This document shows positions 23,368 through 36,400 of a stretch of DNA of 64,000 bases, one piece after another. Below the pieces are notes generated by a model. That model saw nothing but the letters and a program-made list of their open reading frames with translations, ran no database searches and had not been told where the DNA came from. The translations under genes were made by a program, and so were the position numbers. Source of the DNA: Prorocentrum cordatum (taxonomy: Eukaryota); NCBI GenBank assembly GCA_963575745.1, contig CAUYUJ010000261.1, positions 1 to 64,000 on the forward strand, read 5' to 3'. Every line of letters starts with the position of its first letter. Position 1 is the first letter of the stretch.

Positions 23368-25430
23368 GAGGCCGCTCTGGGCTCCTCTGGGCACCGCCCC
23401 CGGGGCCGGTTTTGTGAGGATGTCTCAAGCGAGGGCGCCGGTTTGGGATTCGTCGGCGGATCCAGCGGATCTGTCCGGAAACGGTGCCGGAGGCCGCTCT
23501 GGGCTCCTCTGGGCACCTCCCCCGGGGCCGGTTTTGTGAGGATGTCTCAAGCGAGGGCGCCGGTTTGGGATTCGTCACCGGATCCAGGATCCACCGGATC
23601 TGTCCGGAAACGGTGCCGGAGGCCGCTCTGGGCTCCTCTGGGCACCTCCCCCGGGGCCGGTTTTGTGAGGATGTCTCAAGCGAGGGCGCCGGTTTGGGAT
23701 TCGTCACCGGATCCAGCGGATCCACCGGATCCACCGGATGTCCGGAAACGGTGCCGGAGGCCGCTCTGGGCTCCTCTGGGCACCTCCCCCGGGGCCGGTT
23801 TTGTGAGGATGTCTCAAGCGAGGGCGCCGGTTTGGGATTCGTCACCGGATCCACCGGATCTGTCCGGAAACGGTGCCAGAGGCCGCTCTGGGCTCCTCTG
23901 GGCACCTCCCCCGGGGCCGGTTTTGTGAGGATGTCTCAAGCGAGGGCGCCGGTTTGGGATTCGTCACCGGATCCAGCGGATCTGTCCGGAAACGGTGCCG
24001 AGACCGCTCTGGGCTCCTCTGGGCACCTCCCCCGGGGCCGGTTTTGTGAGGATGTCTCAAGCGAGGGCGCCGGTTTGGGATTCGTCACCGGATCCAGCGG
24101 ATCCGTCCGGAAACGGTGCCGGAGGCCGCTCTGGGCTCCTCTGGGCACCTCCCCCGGGGCCGGTTTTGCGAGGATTTCTCAAGCGAGGGCGCCGGTTTGG
24201 GATTCGTCACCGGATCCAGCGGATCCGTCCGGAAACGGTGCCGGAGGCCGCTCTGGGCTCCTCTGGGCACCTCCCCCGGGGCCGGTTTTGCGAGGATGTC
24301 TCAAGCGAGGGCGCCGGTTTGGGATTCGTCACCGGATCCAGCGGATCCGTCCGGAAACGTTGCCGGAGGCCGCTCTGGCTTGGGCACCTCCCCCGGGGGC
24401 CTTTGCGAGGATGTCTCAAGCGAATGCCGCCGTTTGGGGTTTCGTCCCCGATCCAGCGGATCCGTCCGGAAACGGTGCCGGAGGCCGCTCTGGGCTCCTT
24501 GGCAACCTCCCCCGGGGCCTATGTTGCGGGATGTCTCACGCGACCACGCGAGGGGCGCCGGTTTGGGATTCGTCACCGGATCCACCGGATCCAGCGGATC
24601 CGTCCGGAAACGGTGCCGGAGGCCGCTCTGGCTGGGCTCCTCTGGGCACCTCCCCCGGGGCCGGTTTTGTGAGGATGTCTCCAGGTCGAGGGCGCCAGGT
24701 TTGGGATTCGTCATCCGGATCCAGCGGATCCCGTCTCACGCAGAAAATGGTACCGGAGGCCGATCTGGGCTCCTCTGGCACCTCCCCCGGGCCGGTTTCG
24801 CGATTGATGTCTCAAGCGAGGGCGTCGGTTTGGGATTCCCCCCCCCGCCCGACCCGGGCGATCCGCCGAAATCGGTGGCCGGAGTCCGCTCTGGGCTCCT
24901 CTGGGCACCTCCCCCGGGGCCGGTTTTGCGAGGATGTCGCAAGCGAGGGCGCTGGTTTGGGATTCGTCGGCGGATCCACCAGATCCAGCGGATCTGTCTG
25001 GAAACGGTGCCGGAGGCTGATCTGGGCTCCTTTGGGTACCTCCCCCGGGGCCGGTTTTGTGAGGATGTCTCAAGCGAGGGCGCCGGTTTGGGATTCGTCG
25101 GCGGATCCACCGGATCCAGCGGATCTGTCCGGAAACGGTGCCGGAGGCCGCTCTGGGCTCCTCTGGGCACCTCCCACCGGGGCCGTTTTGCGAGATGTCT
25201 CAGGGCGCCGGTTTTTGGGATTCGTCACCGGATCCAGCGGATCCGTCCGAAACTGTGTCCGGAGGCCGCTCTGGGCTCCTCTGGGCACTCCTCCTCGGGC
25301 GGTTTTAGCGAGGATGTCTCAAGCCAGCGCGCCGGGGGATTCGTCACCGGATTCCAGCGGATCCGTCCAAGGAAACGTAGCCGAGGCCGCTCTGGAACCT
25401 TGTTGCTCTTCCGCGCGCGGGGTGAGGATG
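23368..25430. repeat. ~122-bp tandem satellite, segment 3
   Basis: Same unit; increasingly divergent or noisy after ~24360. Confidence 0.95.
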
Positions 25431-25454
25431 ACGTGAGTTCCACAGAAATTACCT

Positions 25455-25950
25455 CAAAATATGTATGCCCTTCGTGGCCCCCGCTCGTTCGCGCCCGTGG
25501 TGGCCCCATATGCATGCCCTTCGTGGCCCCGCTGTCGCCCTTCGTGGCGCCCTCGCTGCCCTTCGTGTCCCCGTTGCTGCCCTCAGTGGCCCCGTCCGTA
25601 CCCTCCGCGGCCCAACATACGTATGCCCTTCGTGGCCCCCGCTCGTTCGCGCCCGTTGTGGCCCCATGCGCATGCCCTTCGTGGCCCCGCTGTCGCCGTT
25701 TGTGGCCCCCTCATTGTCCTACGTGGCCCAGGTGCTACCCTCAGTGGCCCCATCGTTGCCTTCTGTGGCCCCGCATTATCTGCACTTCGTGGCCCACGCT
25801 CGTTCGCGCTCTTCGTGGCCCCATACGTATTCCCTTCGTGTCCCCGCTATCGCCCTTCGTGGCATACTTCGTGTCCTTCGTGGCTCTGCTGTCGTTCTCT
25901 CTCGCTCTCGCTTTCGCTCGTCGTCGTCGTCGTCGCCGTCGCCGTCGTTG

Positions 25951-25983
<33 letters not shown>

Positions 25984-27161
25984 GTCCCCTGTCCGTCCCT
26001 CTTGGGGTCGGGTCGACGGTCCGCGGCCGCCCCGCCGATCAGCGCTGCGGCTGGCCAGGCCGACGGTCCGCGGCCGCCCCGCCGCTTGCCGGGGCCCGGC
26101 ATGCAGGGAAGAAAGGTATACCCCCCAAAAGGGGTTCGATCGAAGACGAAAAGGGCGGGTATCGAGGGTTTGGGAAATTCGCGTTATTCGACGCTCGAGC
26201 AGATAAGGACGAACAGTCTTAAAATGATTGTTGTTGCTGTTGCTGCTGTTGTTGTTGGTGGTGTTGGTGTTGGTGTTGTTGTTGTTGTTGTTGTGGTTGT
26301 TGTTGTTGTTGTTGCTGCTGATGTTGTTGTTGTTGTTGCTGCTGCTGCTGTTGCTGCTGCTGTTGTTGTTGTTGTTGGTGTTGTTGTTGTTGTTGTTGTT
26401 GTTGAACATTATTACTTCTAAAGAATAATTATTGTTGGGGCCCCTGGTGCACGACCCCCCCGCCGCGCCTAGGCCGCAGCCACATTTTCATCATTTTCGT
26501 GAGGAAGTCTCAGGCAAAACGGGTTGGTCCGGATCCGGTTGTTTTGTTACGCCCGCTTTCCCTTGCAAAAAATAAGCTAAAGTGGACATTTCTTGTTCTA
26601 ACATAACCAAACTTCAAGAATCCCTTGCAAAAAATAAGGTAAAGTGGACATTCGCGCGCGCAAGACGAAATCCTTCCAAAACCTTAGTTTTCGTAGCGAT
26701 TTTAACATAAAAACATCAAAAAACCAATGGTTTTTCAAAAAAAATTGTCAAATTTCATCCCGCGCGCTCTTGCGGATTCGTAGGAAACCCAACACTTTTT
26801 AATCATTTCTGTCAAACGGGCTTTTGCGAGCAACTTTTTCGAACTTCTGCAACAACGGTTGCGCACCTGCCAGGGCCATCATCCCTGTCAAATAATACCA
26901 TGCGGGACACATTCGTTTTTTCTTCGCGCGCGCACGCCGTCGTCGTCGGCCGCGGGGCCCTGAATAGTAGCCACGGTCGTCCGCATGCCACGAAGTGAAG
27001 TGTCCGAACGTCATAGGGCGGGAAGCTGGGTGTGGGTGGTGGCGAAGAGTCGTTTGGAAATTTGGTAGAGCTTGAACCGCCCCCCCACAAAGTGGGGGTA
27101 TTGCCCGCCTCCTATGAAAACCCTGGCACTGGTGAGAACGGAGTGTCCCCACGTGCTAGTA

Positions 27162-27224
<63 letters not shown>

Positions 27225-28268
27225 GAACATTATTTATTCTAAAGAATAATTATTGTTGGGCCCCCTGGTGCGCGCCCCCCCTGCCGCGCCTAGGCCGCAG
27301 CTACATTTTCATCATTTTCGTGAGGAAGCCTCAGAAAACGATGGGATCCAGATCCGGTTGTTTTGTTGTAATCCGTTTTCCCTTGCAAAAAACACTATAA
27401 AATGACATTTCTTGTTCTAATATAATCAAATTTCAAGAATCCCTTGCAAAAAATAAGGTAAAGTGGACATTCGCGCGCGCAAGACGAAATCCTTCCAAAA
27501 GCTTAGTGTTCGGAGCGATTTTAACATAAAAACATCAAAAAACCAATGGTTTTTCAACAAAAAATGTCAAAATCTCATCCCGCGCGCTCTTGCGGATTCG
27601 TAGGAAAACCAACACTTTTTAAACATTTCTGTCAAACGGGCTTTTGCGAGCAACTTTTTCGAACTTCTGCGACAACGGTTGCGCACCTGCCAGGGCCATC
27701 ATCCCTGTCAAATAATACCATGCGGGACACATTCGTTTTTTGCGCGCGCACGCCGAAATCCTTAAAAAAAATATTATCCCCACATCCGCCCAGGAATTCC
27801 ACAAATGTGACCAACTATCTTGCGAGTACGTATCATCTCATGTGTGTCGTGCACACTATCAAATGTAACAGAGTTGTGTATTCCCATCATCCCAGGAACT
27901 TGACCCAAAAATGTGACCAACTCCGCTCTCTCTGTCTCTCTCTCTGTCTGCTCTCTGTCTCTCTCTCTGTCTCTCTGTATTATGTATTGTATGGCACAAT
28001 TGCACCATGCTGGGCACATGCGCGCCCCGAATAAGTGACCAAGTTCTGTGGGTGTGTACCCCACGCCAGTGTAGTAGCCACGGTCGTCCGCACGCCACGA
28101 AGTGAAGTGTCCCAACGTCATAGGGCGGGAAGCTGGGTTTGGGTGGTCGCGAAGAGTCGTTTGGATATTTGGTAGAGCTTGTAATGCCCCCCCACGAAGT
28201 GGGGGTATTGCCTGGTGTCGTATGAAAACCCTGGCACTGGGGAGAACACCACGCGTTCGGGTAAAATG

Positions 28269-28350
<82 letters not shown>
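25455..28350. repeat. Repeat family A, second block
   Basis: GTGGCCCC minisatellite, (CGT)n, (TTG)n and the same modules in the same order as 890-2700 and 200-480. Confidence 0.85.
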
Positions 28351-28353
<3 letters not shown>

Positions 28354-29929
28354 GGGGGCCGGTATGGGCGGTCCCCCAAAACGCTTGAGAGTGAGCCTCA
28401 TTTTCAATGAAAATGCAGCTGGCGCCTCGGCGAGAGCGCCAGGGCGCCTGTAAGAGGTCCAATAATACAAATTGTTTAGCAATTAATATTCAACAACAGC
28501 AACAACGCAACAAGCAGAATCCTCACCACGGATCCCGACTTCAGCCACGCACCCAGGGACCATGAAGGACCGTTCGGCCTCCTCACTCACCTTCAACCTT
28601 TCGTCCAGAATCCGCTTGTAGGGGGGACATGTCCCACCGTTGCCCCTCAGCCCCCAGAGCGCTCCTGTGACGGGTCCCGAGCGCACGCGCCACGCCGATG
28701 TGCCTGTCCTGCGAGCGCCGGTCGTCACGGCCCTGGCGGGCCCCTGTCCGACGGGCGCGCTCGGAGGACGAGCGGTGCTCCGAACGGGAGGCACACCGAG
28801 GAAGAAGTCGACCTGCCGACGAGTGCCCCGCGCTTCTCGTCTCCCGATGGGCCCACAGGAGCCCTGGGGCACCGCACGAGGTTCAGGGACGGCGAAGGAT
28901 GCGCCCCTGGAGCTCTTACGGGATGATGTCTCACAGTCAACCCGCATGGTAAGGCTGGGCAACCTTCCCAAGGGTGCCCTTGCATCCTTGCCTCCTCGGC
29001 CCATCCATGGCCACTTTCGTTGTCCGTGCCACACTCGAGAAGCTTCGAAATCGGCGTCCAAGGCGCTTGCATCCTTATCGCGCATCTTTCTGATACGGGC
29101 CGAATGTATCCTGTATGATTCGGCGCTGGCCGAAATTTGGATCGAGATAGATCACACAGGGGACGTCGTGGTCGCCGTTTTGGGCGGGTATGCCGATGTT
29201 TCGGCCGGACCTGGGGCCCCGGAGGGGCTCTAAAGCCCCGGTGCTCCGAGTGGTCTTCAAGGAACGTGCCAACTTTGAATTGCGGGGGAGGGGGGGAGTG
29301 TTGCTTAAATTCTTCCCTCAACCGTAGCGTTCACGGCGGATGGTGCAGCGTGCACAGGACGCGCTTCACTGGCCTGTGCATCCCGAGCGCGCCTCCGCTG
29401 GCGCGGTCCCAGTTAGCGGTGACAGGCCCGAGCCGCTCCCGTTGTCACGGCCATGGCGTTCTCGCTCATCGGTGCTGGGCCTCGTCCCTGCGCTGCCCTA
29501 CTGGGCGTGGTGGAGGCACTGAGGCGGGAGGAGGATGAGCAGCCCCTCCTTCGTTGTCCAGGGGATTCCGCGGCGGAGGGGAGTCCTCCGACTAAATTTT
29601 CTGCCCTGGCGGCCAGTCCCTGGCAGTCCTCTGACCTTGGTGCCAATCCACAGGCGCGCCCCCGCCTCGGCGCCGCTAGGCGGGCGGGATGGATTGCTCT
29701 TCCTGCGCGGGTCTCCTGCACTGCTCCCGTCCTGCTCGTCTCCCTCCCTCCCCTTCCTCGTCCTGTTCCTCCTCGTCCGTTCTCGTTGTCTCAGTCGACC
29801 TCCACCTGTTCCCTGCACCCTCCTTCCTCCTGTGTCTCCTCCGCCTCTCCTCCTTCGCGTCCTCCTCCTCCTCCTCCTCCTCATTCTCCTGCTTCTCCTC
29901 CTTACCCTCCACTCTCTCCTTCTCCTCCT

Positions 29930-30032
29930 ACTCATCATCCTTCGCCTCCTCCGCATCAGAGTCATCATCGTCAGTGTCATCACCATCATCAGCATTACCA
30001 TCCTCAGCACCAGCATGGTCATCATCATCGCA

Positions 30033-30072
<40 letters not shown>

Positions 30073-30190
30073 ACATCATCATCATCACCGCCACCATCAT
30101 CATCATCATCATCATCATCAGTATCATCATCATCGTCATTAACATCATCACCACCAACATCATCATCACCGCCACCATCATCATCATCAG

Positions 30191-30259
<69 letters not shown>

Positions 30260-30369
30260 TATATGCATCGAAATCATCAGCATCATCAACATCATCAGCA
30301 TCATCACCATCACCACCATCATCATCAGTATCATAAGCATCATCAGCATCATCACTACCATCATCATAG

Positions 30370-30400
<31 letters not shown>

Positions 30401-30401
30401 A

Positions 30402-30432
<31 letters not shown>

Positions 30433-30547
30433 TCAGCATCCGCATCATCATCACCATCACCATCATCATCACCATCAACATCATCATCACCGCCACCATC
30501 ATCATCAGCATCATCATCATTATCATTATCATTATCACCATCATCAC

Positions 30548-30582
<35 letters not shown>

Positions 30583-30615
30583 CCATCGTTGTGACCAGCA
30601 TCACCATCATTATCT
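29930..30615. repeat. (CAT/CAC/CAG)n microsatellite mosaic
   Basis: Direct inspection. Confidence 0.95.
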
Positions 30616-31289
30616 CCATCCTTCCCTTCTTCCCTCTCGTGGACGGAGGCCGCTGGAAGCACCAGGAGGGCCCAGGTAGCCACCGGTGGTTCCAAAAGTC
30701 CCACGGGATACCTCATGCGAGATCCGCGGTGCCCTGGAGGCCTTGGGGAGTCACCCTGAGGGCACAGGGCGAACCAGGAGATTTCTGGAGGATTTGGGAG
30801 CAGCCAGGAGCCCCCAAGGACGAGATGTTAAGTCAGCTGCGAGCACCAGGCGGCACAGCAGTTTGTGAACGCAGGGCTACCACGGCAGCAGCACGCTGGC
30901 AACACGGCTTCCCAATCACTCCTTGGCGTGTGGCCCAGCGGCCTTACAAGAGGGCCCCATTGGTGGCCTCAGCTGCCCACGGCAGGCCCACGATGTGACT
31001 GCGGTGTTGAGGACGGGAGCCTCTCCGTCGAGAGTGTGGGGGACAACTCCTTTCTCGGAACTTCAGGGAAGGGTCCGCCAGCACCGCCAAAGATGACTCC
31101 CATCTGCGCGGGGCTTCCTGATCTTCCTGCCTCCGTGACTCTTCCCCCTTTCTCTCTCGGGTCGTTGAGTCGATCTGCCCTTCCTAGCCGACCGCGTCCT
31201 GCCCCCAGTGGATACCGGAAAGTGTGGAGAACAAGCGGCAGCATCTCACTTTCGACTGCCCCGAGGGAGCATGCGCACTCATATCCCTG

Positions 31290-31823
31290 AGATCCGACGT
31301 TGCCCAAAAAGTTGCAACATCACAGAAAATCACGCCCCGACCTCCGGACTCCATCTTTCTGCGTCACTGTTTCGAGCCAGATCGGTCTGTGAAGGTCCTG
31401 GGCCGCGAAACCGAGCGAAAACGGCCGTTGCGAAAGAGTTGCGGCGTCAGGATCTCAGGCATTGGCACTTGTCACACCGCGGGGGGCGCCGGCGGACTCG
31501 TCGGCCGTGCTCCCGTCCTCTTCCGTGTGCCGCGGTCGGCGTTCTGGGGGGGAGCCCGCCCCGGGTTCGCGAGCGGACATCGTGGCCCCGAAGGAGGGGG
31601 GGGGGGGGCCAGACCCTCGTGCTCCCCGCCGTCGCCCCGCCGAACCGCCGAACTCCGGGGCAGCGTTAGGGTTAAGTCGGGCGTGTCCCCCTACAGGAGG
31701 AACATTCCAAAATAGTCAAAACATCGGGGGACGATGTTTCTACTATTTGCGAATATGTTCGAGCACTTCTTGACTGTTGCCAGTTTTTCTTCCAAAATCC
31801 GCCTGTAGGAGGACATGCCCGAC
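31290..31823. repeat. Dispersed repeat family B, ending in a ~150-bp MITE-like unit
   Basis: gagatccgacgttgc...cagaaaatcacgccc also occurs at ~54790 and ~55787. An internal inverted pair gtcgggcgtgtccccctacagg (~31676) / cctgtaggaggacatgcccgac (~31802). Confidence 0.75.
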
Positions 31824-32072
31824 CTGGGGATGGGCTCAAGGGGGGGGCGCATCGGCACCCGATCGCCCACTCATCGCCGACAGAGGCCTGACGGCCCATC
31901 CCACCAAGGAGCGTGCGGACTTGCGATCGGGGCCCAGCGCCGATCTGTCGGCGATGTGTCGCCGATTCCGGGTCCCCCCTGTCGTTGCCCCTGACGAGCA
32001 CCACCGACGTCGAGCGCGCGCATGCTGCAGCGACAGAGTTGGAGTGCTGATTGTCCCATCAGACGCGCCCAG

Positions 32073-32280
32073 GATGGTGGATACCGATGGCGATGGGGCG
32101 ATATCTATGCCTGAGCTTGCCGCGTCACCCTTGATGCTGGCAGAGATTTTACCAGCAAGGTGGTTGGTGGCGAACTTTTGCATGGTCTTGTCTGCCACGA
32201 TAGTCCAGACTATCTCGCCGGAGCCGTACACAAAGGAGTCATTCGTCTACAGTATCTGCTGGAGCCTGATTCTCTCCCAG
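32073..32280 (+). CDS. Isolated candidate exon with an EF-hand loop
   Basis: cccag|g acceptor at 32072/32073, followed by DTDGDGAISMPE (canonical D-x-D-x-D-G-x-I-x-x-x-E) and a hydrophobic stretch. The 3' boundary is uncertain. Confidence 0.5.
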
Positions 32281-34748
32281 GACCGTGCTGCGCGAAGCCT
32301 CTCTGAACGCAGTCGGCAAACGCCCTCTCGCTGGGCTCTCGCTCGCACCGTCGTCACGTTCCAGTGAAAGCGGGCCCTCTGGGGCCTAGATGTATCCATA
32401 TCCACCGCCCGCTGGGGTCCCAGAGGGTCGGTTCCACAGGCGGTGGATATGGACATATCCCCGCCTCGCACTCGTAGGTTGTAGATACTTCGCGAGGGGT
32501 CTTCAACCACCTCACGAGGCCTGCCAAGGCTCTCAGGTCTGTGGATGCATCAGTGATCACCGAAGGAGGCTCCCGCACTCCTTGGGCAGGGGTCGACCTA
32601 AACGGTGTGTTGGCGATTTCGTGGGCCGTTTTCGTTTCGATCCCGTTTTGCAGCAGCGGCGGATTAGAGACAAACGAGGGACAACGAAAACAAAACGAAA
32701 ACGAAGAACACTGTTTTGGTCCAGCCCTGCTCTCGGGGCCCCCCAAAGCGGTGACCACGCCGTGTGGTGAGTCAGCGGGGATTCGGGGTGATCGCACGGT
32801 TTTGGGACTCGTGCCGCTCTCCGAGGACGTCTCGGGCGACTGAGGCCTCCGAGGCCCCAAAACGGTACGGTGACGGACCGTGCGGTGAGGCCGCTGTGCA
32901 ATCCCAGGTCACCGCACGGTTTGTCGCACCACCGTTCTGGGACCCCTCAGATGCTGCCTCCGTCCGTCGATCCATGTCGATCCATCCGTCCTCCCTCCCT
33001 CACATCCCTCCCTGGGGCATCGGGCGCCCCAACCGAGCCGGCTTCAGGCGGCAACGGGGTGTCTGTATCGGGCGGGGCCAGGACCTGGAACGCTCTCATA
33101 GCGTTCCGGAGCGCTCTGGAACGGCTGCGGCGCCCGATGCATCTTCCTGAAGCGTCGGATCTCAGAGATGCCCGAGTCGTCTTGGTCCGATGTTGTCCAG
33201 ATTCTGGCTTCGCCAGTGCGAACCCAGACATCCGATGTCTTTCTACTGTACGGGTTTCCCTGGAGCTCTGGACCACTTCCCGGGGACTGGTTCTTCGTCC
33301 CAGATCGTTTGTTGTCAGTCCTGGGGCACTGCGACGGCCCCGAGGCGCCCAAACCATCGAAAAAAAATCCGCCCAGATTTGTTTCAATACAGTGGAGACC
33401 CATGCCAAGAAACACCCTGCTTGTCTCCAGTGTGCCCTGGGTTTCGATGGTTTTGCGATGGAAAGCGTGGCGTTTCTACACCAAGAATCAATGCACATCC
33501 TGGGGTTCCAGGGTTGGGTTTCTTGTGGAAGGTTTCTTGTGTTCGAAGTCATACTGTACGTACTTCGCCGAAGGTTTGGCCAAAATTCAACTCGCTCCGT
33601 TCGGCGGTGGAGCCCCGGCGCAGCGTTGTCAGCGTAGGACGTTCCGAGAGGGGCCCGTCAGGCGATGGGGCCCCAGGAAGTACAATGTTGCCAGGGTTCG
33701 TGTCGTTGTTTCGTGCAGCGACTAAACATTTTCACGCAGTTTGGATTTCGGACCAGGGAGTTTCGTCATCGGTCGAACACGCTCCTCCGGAGAAATTCGG
33801 GGCGGAATCGCCATTTCGACTTCCGGCCGACGGTTTTTTCCACATCAGGTCGGATTCGTTTGCCCGAGGACGTCGCAAGCGAAAAACACATGTCCGACTT
33901 TTCGGGGTACCCGATAATTTGAAGTGACAAACGGACTGCCCGAGTCGAAACGAAGATTCCGCTTGAGGGCTTTCTCGAAAAAGAACATGTCGACCGAAGT
34001 CGAAATCGTCGGGTTCGAAGTCCACATGGCAATTCCGCCGCATACGCCCTTCAAAACAGAAGTCGAAGCCCATTCGGTTCAAATGCGAAACGGCGATTCC
34101 GCCCGGGATTTCTTCCAAATCTCAATGCGAACCATTTCGGGTTCGAAGTCGACATGGGCGCCTTGCTGCTCGCAGTCTCTGCCGCTCAATGGCGTGATGG
34201 TCCCTGCCCACCAAGGAGGAGGAGGAGGAGGAGGAGGAGGAGGAGGAGGAGGAGGAGGAGGAGGGGGAGGAGGAGGAGGAGGGGGAGGAGGAGGAGCAGC
34301 AGGAGGAGGAGGAGGAGGAGGAGGAGGAGGCGGAGGAGGAGCAGCAGGAGCAGCAGGAGCAGCAGGAGCAGGAGCCGGGCCACAGCGGGCCACAGCGCGA
34401 CGGTCGTGGACCTCCCTCGGGCTGTGGGCACGCCGAGGAGGCCGCGGCCCGGATGGCCCCCGAACGCGACAGGCGGAGCTGCTGGCCGCCAGCAGGTGGC
34501 CCGCTGGGGCGTGGCGGGGCTCAAGAGACGGGGGGGAATCGTTCATCCAGACCCAGGGGCCCCTCGCGGTGTGAACAAAATCACGACGGGCGGTTTTTCG
34601 CTCTTTTCGGCGTCGGGGGGCCCTTCCCTGGCCTCGGGGCCGTCAAAAAACGACTCCGGATGGAAAACCGGTCCCGGGGAAGGGGTCCAGACCCTTGGGG
34701 GTCGACGTTGTGAAAATCACGACGTCGGAGGTCAGAGGACGGGGGCTA

Positions 34749-34890
34749 GTCAGAGCGCCGGATCTTGCAGGATCCTGCAGAGCCAGGGGCGCATTGACCC
34801 GGGCTTGGGCGCAGGATCCTGCAGGACCCTGCAGGATCTTGCAGGACCCTGCAGGATCCTGCAAAGCCCGACTGATCCAGGTTTGGATTG
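34749..34890. repeat. Dispersed repeat family C with gcaggatcct sub-repeats
   Basis: gtcagagcgccggatcttgcaggatcctgcag...gcattgacccgggc also occurs at 54504-54610. Confidence 0.75.
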
Positions 34891-35799
34891 GCCCAGGTCC
34901 CCGAGCGTGGTGGAGGACGGACGGCTGCCGGTTCTTGGTCACCTCGGCGGTGCATTGGTCGTGCCGCGATTTGCAACGGAGTGCGAGTGTACAGTGGTGC
35001 TGCGTCGCAGTCGTCCCCTCAGTGCTCCTCCTTCCCAAAAGTCAGGAGGGGGAAAACACACACACACACAACTAAACGTCGGCTTCCATAGAAATATACG
35101 AAAATATGGGAAGTGAGGGGGGGGAAAGACGAAGACCCAGAAAACATTGGAAATACGGGGAATCCTGGGATTTGTGTTAACTTATCTGCGGCGCCACTAT
35201 CGTATCGCGTTCGGCCATCGGGGGGCCCGAGTGGGCCCGCACCAGAGGTCACTCCGGCGAAGGGTCGCTCTCACGTCCAGTCGAGTCCCCAGCGGCCCCC
35301 CGAGGGGCCTCGGTCGAGGCCCCCCCCCCGCGCCGCCGGGGCGACGCGCAGCTGGCGCCCGCCGCCGGCGGTGGCTGCCCGACCCCGCAGGCGCGGGCAG
35401 GCTCCCCGCCCCCACGCGCCGAGCGATGCGGCCGCGAGGAGGCCCTGCGACCCCAGCGGCCCCCCCGGAAGGGCCCCTCGGCCGACCCTGCGACGCGGGG
35501 CGCTGCAGCGCTTTCCACACCGGGCGCGTGGCACGGGGGGGGGGCTCGCGCTCGGGGGCCACGGGCCCCGAGGAGGACGTCTCCGAGAGCGCCGGCCACG
35601 GGAGGGGCCTGCGCGTCCCCAGGAGGAGGAGGAGGAGGAGGAGGAGGAGGAGAAGGAGGAGGAGGAGGAGGAGGAGGAGGAGGAGGAGGAGGAGGAGGCG
35701 GAGGAGGCGGAGGAGGAGGCGGAGAAGGGGAGGAGGAGGAGGAGAGGAGGAGGAGGAGGAGGGAGGAGGAGGAGGACGAGGAGGAGGAGGAGGCGGAGC

Positions 35800-36400
35800 T
35801 GCCTGCGCCCGCGGGCGCCAGCGCCACCTGCCTCCGGCGCCGGGAGGACGGCGCCCTCTGCAGGGCCGACCTGGCCGCGACGCGGGGGCACTGCCTGGGC
35901 TGCCACGTCGGCGGCGGCACGAGCCACCGCCACGACGGCGTCAGGGACTGGCTCGCCGGCTGGCTGCAGGCCCGGGGCGCAACGGGCGCTGGCACGGGGC
36001 AGTTCGTGCCCGCCTGGGACCGGGCTCGGGCGGACGGCTCTGTCGAGGCAACCCGCCTCGACGTGGTCTTCACCGACCCCGCGGCCGGCGTGTCCTACGT
36101 CGACGTGGTGGTCACGGACGCCGCCCTGGGCGCAGACGCCGGCGGGCCGGAGCCGAGCCGTCCGGGACGGCGCGGTCGCGGCAGCCGGAGAGGAGCGCAA
36201 ACACAGGCGCTACCCGGGCCTGGCTCTTACGGCCTTCGCGCTGGAGGCGCTGGGGCGCGCTGGGGCGGAGGCGCAGGCGCTCCTCCGCACTTGGGCGCGC
36301 GGCGACGCCGCCGTGCTGGCGGCGGCTCGCCACAGCCTCGCGGCGACGCTGCAGCGCGGGAACGCGGAGGCCTTCCGCTCCGCCTGCCTGGCCGCGCGCG
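35800..36400 (+). mobile_element. 3' remnant of an RLE-type (CRE/R2-group-like) non-LTR retrotransposon
   Basis: C-x9-C-x9-H-x3-C knuckle, GG...RHDGVRDWLA, RLDVVF...YVDVVV, a frameshift, then EERKHRRYP...FALEALGR...LQRGNA. This is the order of the restriction-like endonuclease domain. No RT domain is visible. Confidence 0.8.

Noticed and set aside
24360..25440. Gradient of satellite divergence as a biological signal
   Set aside because: The indel-rich pattern is equally consistent with low-coverage long-read error and cannot be distinguished here.
23484..26206. 650-aa and 696-aa ORFs
   Set aside because: They are translations of the stop-poor 122-bp satellite and the GTGGCCCC minisatellite.
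29498..30998. Long poly-M/I/H/D/S ORFs (also 36227-37901, 39198-40481, 53029-53761)
   Set aside because: Trinucleotide microsatellite translations.
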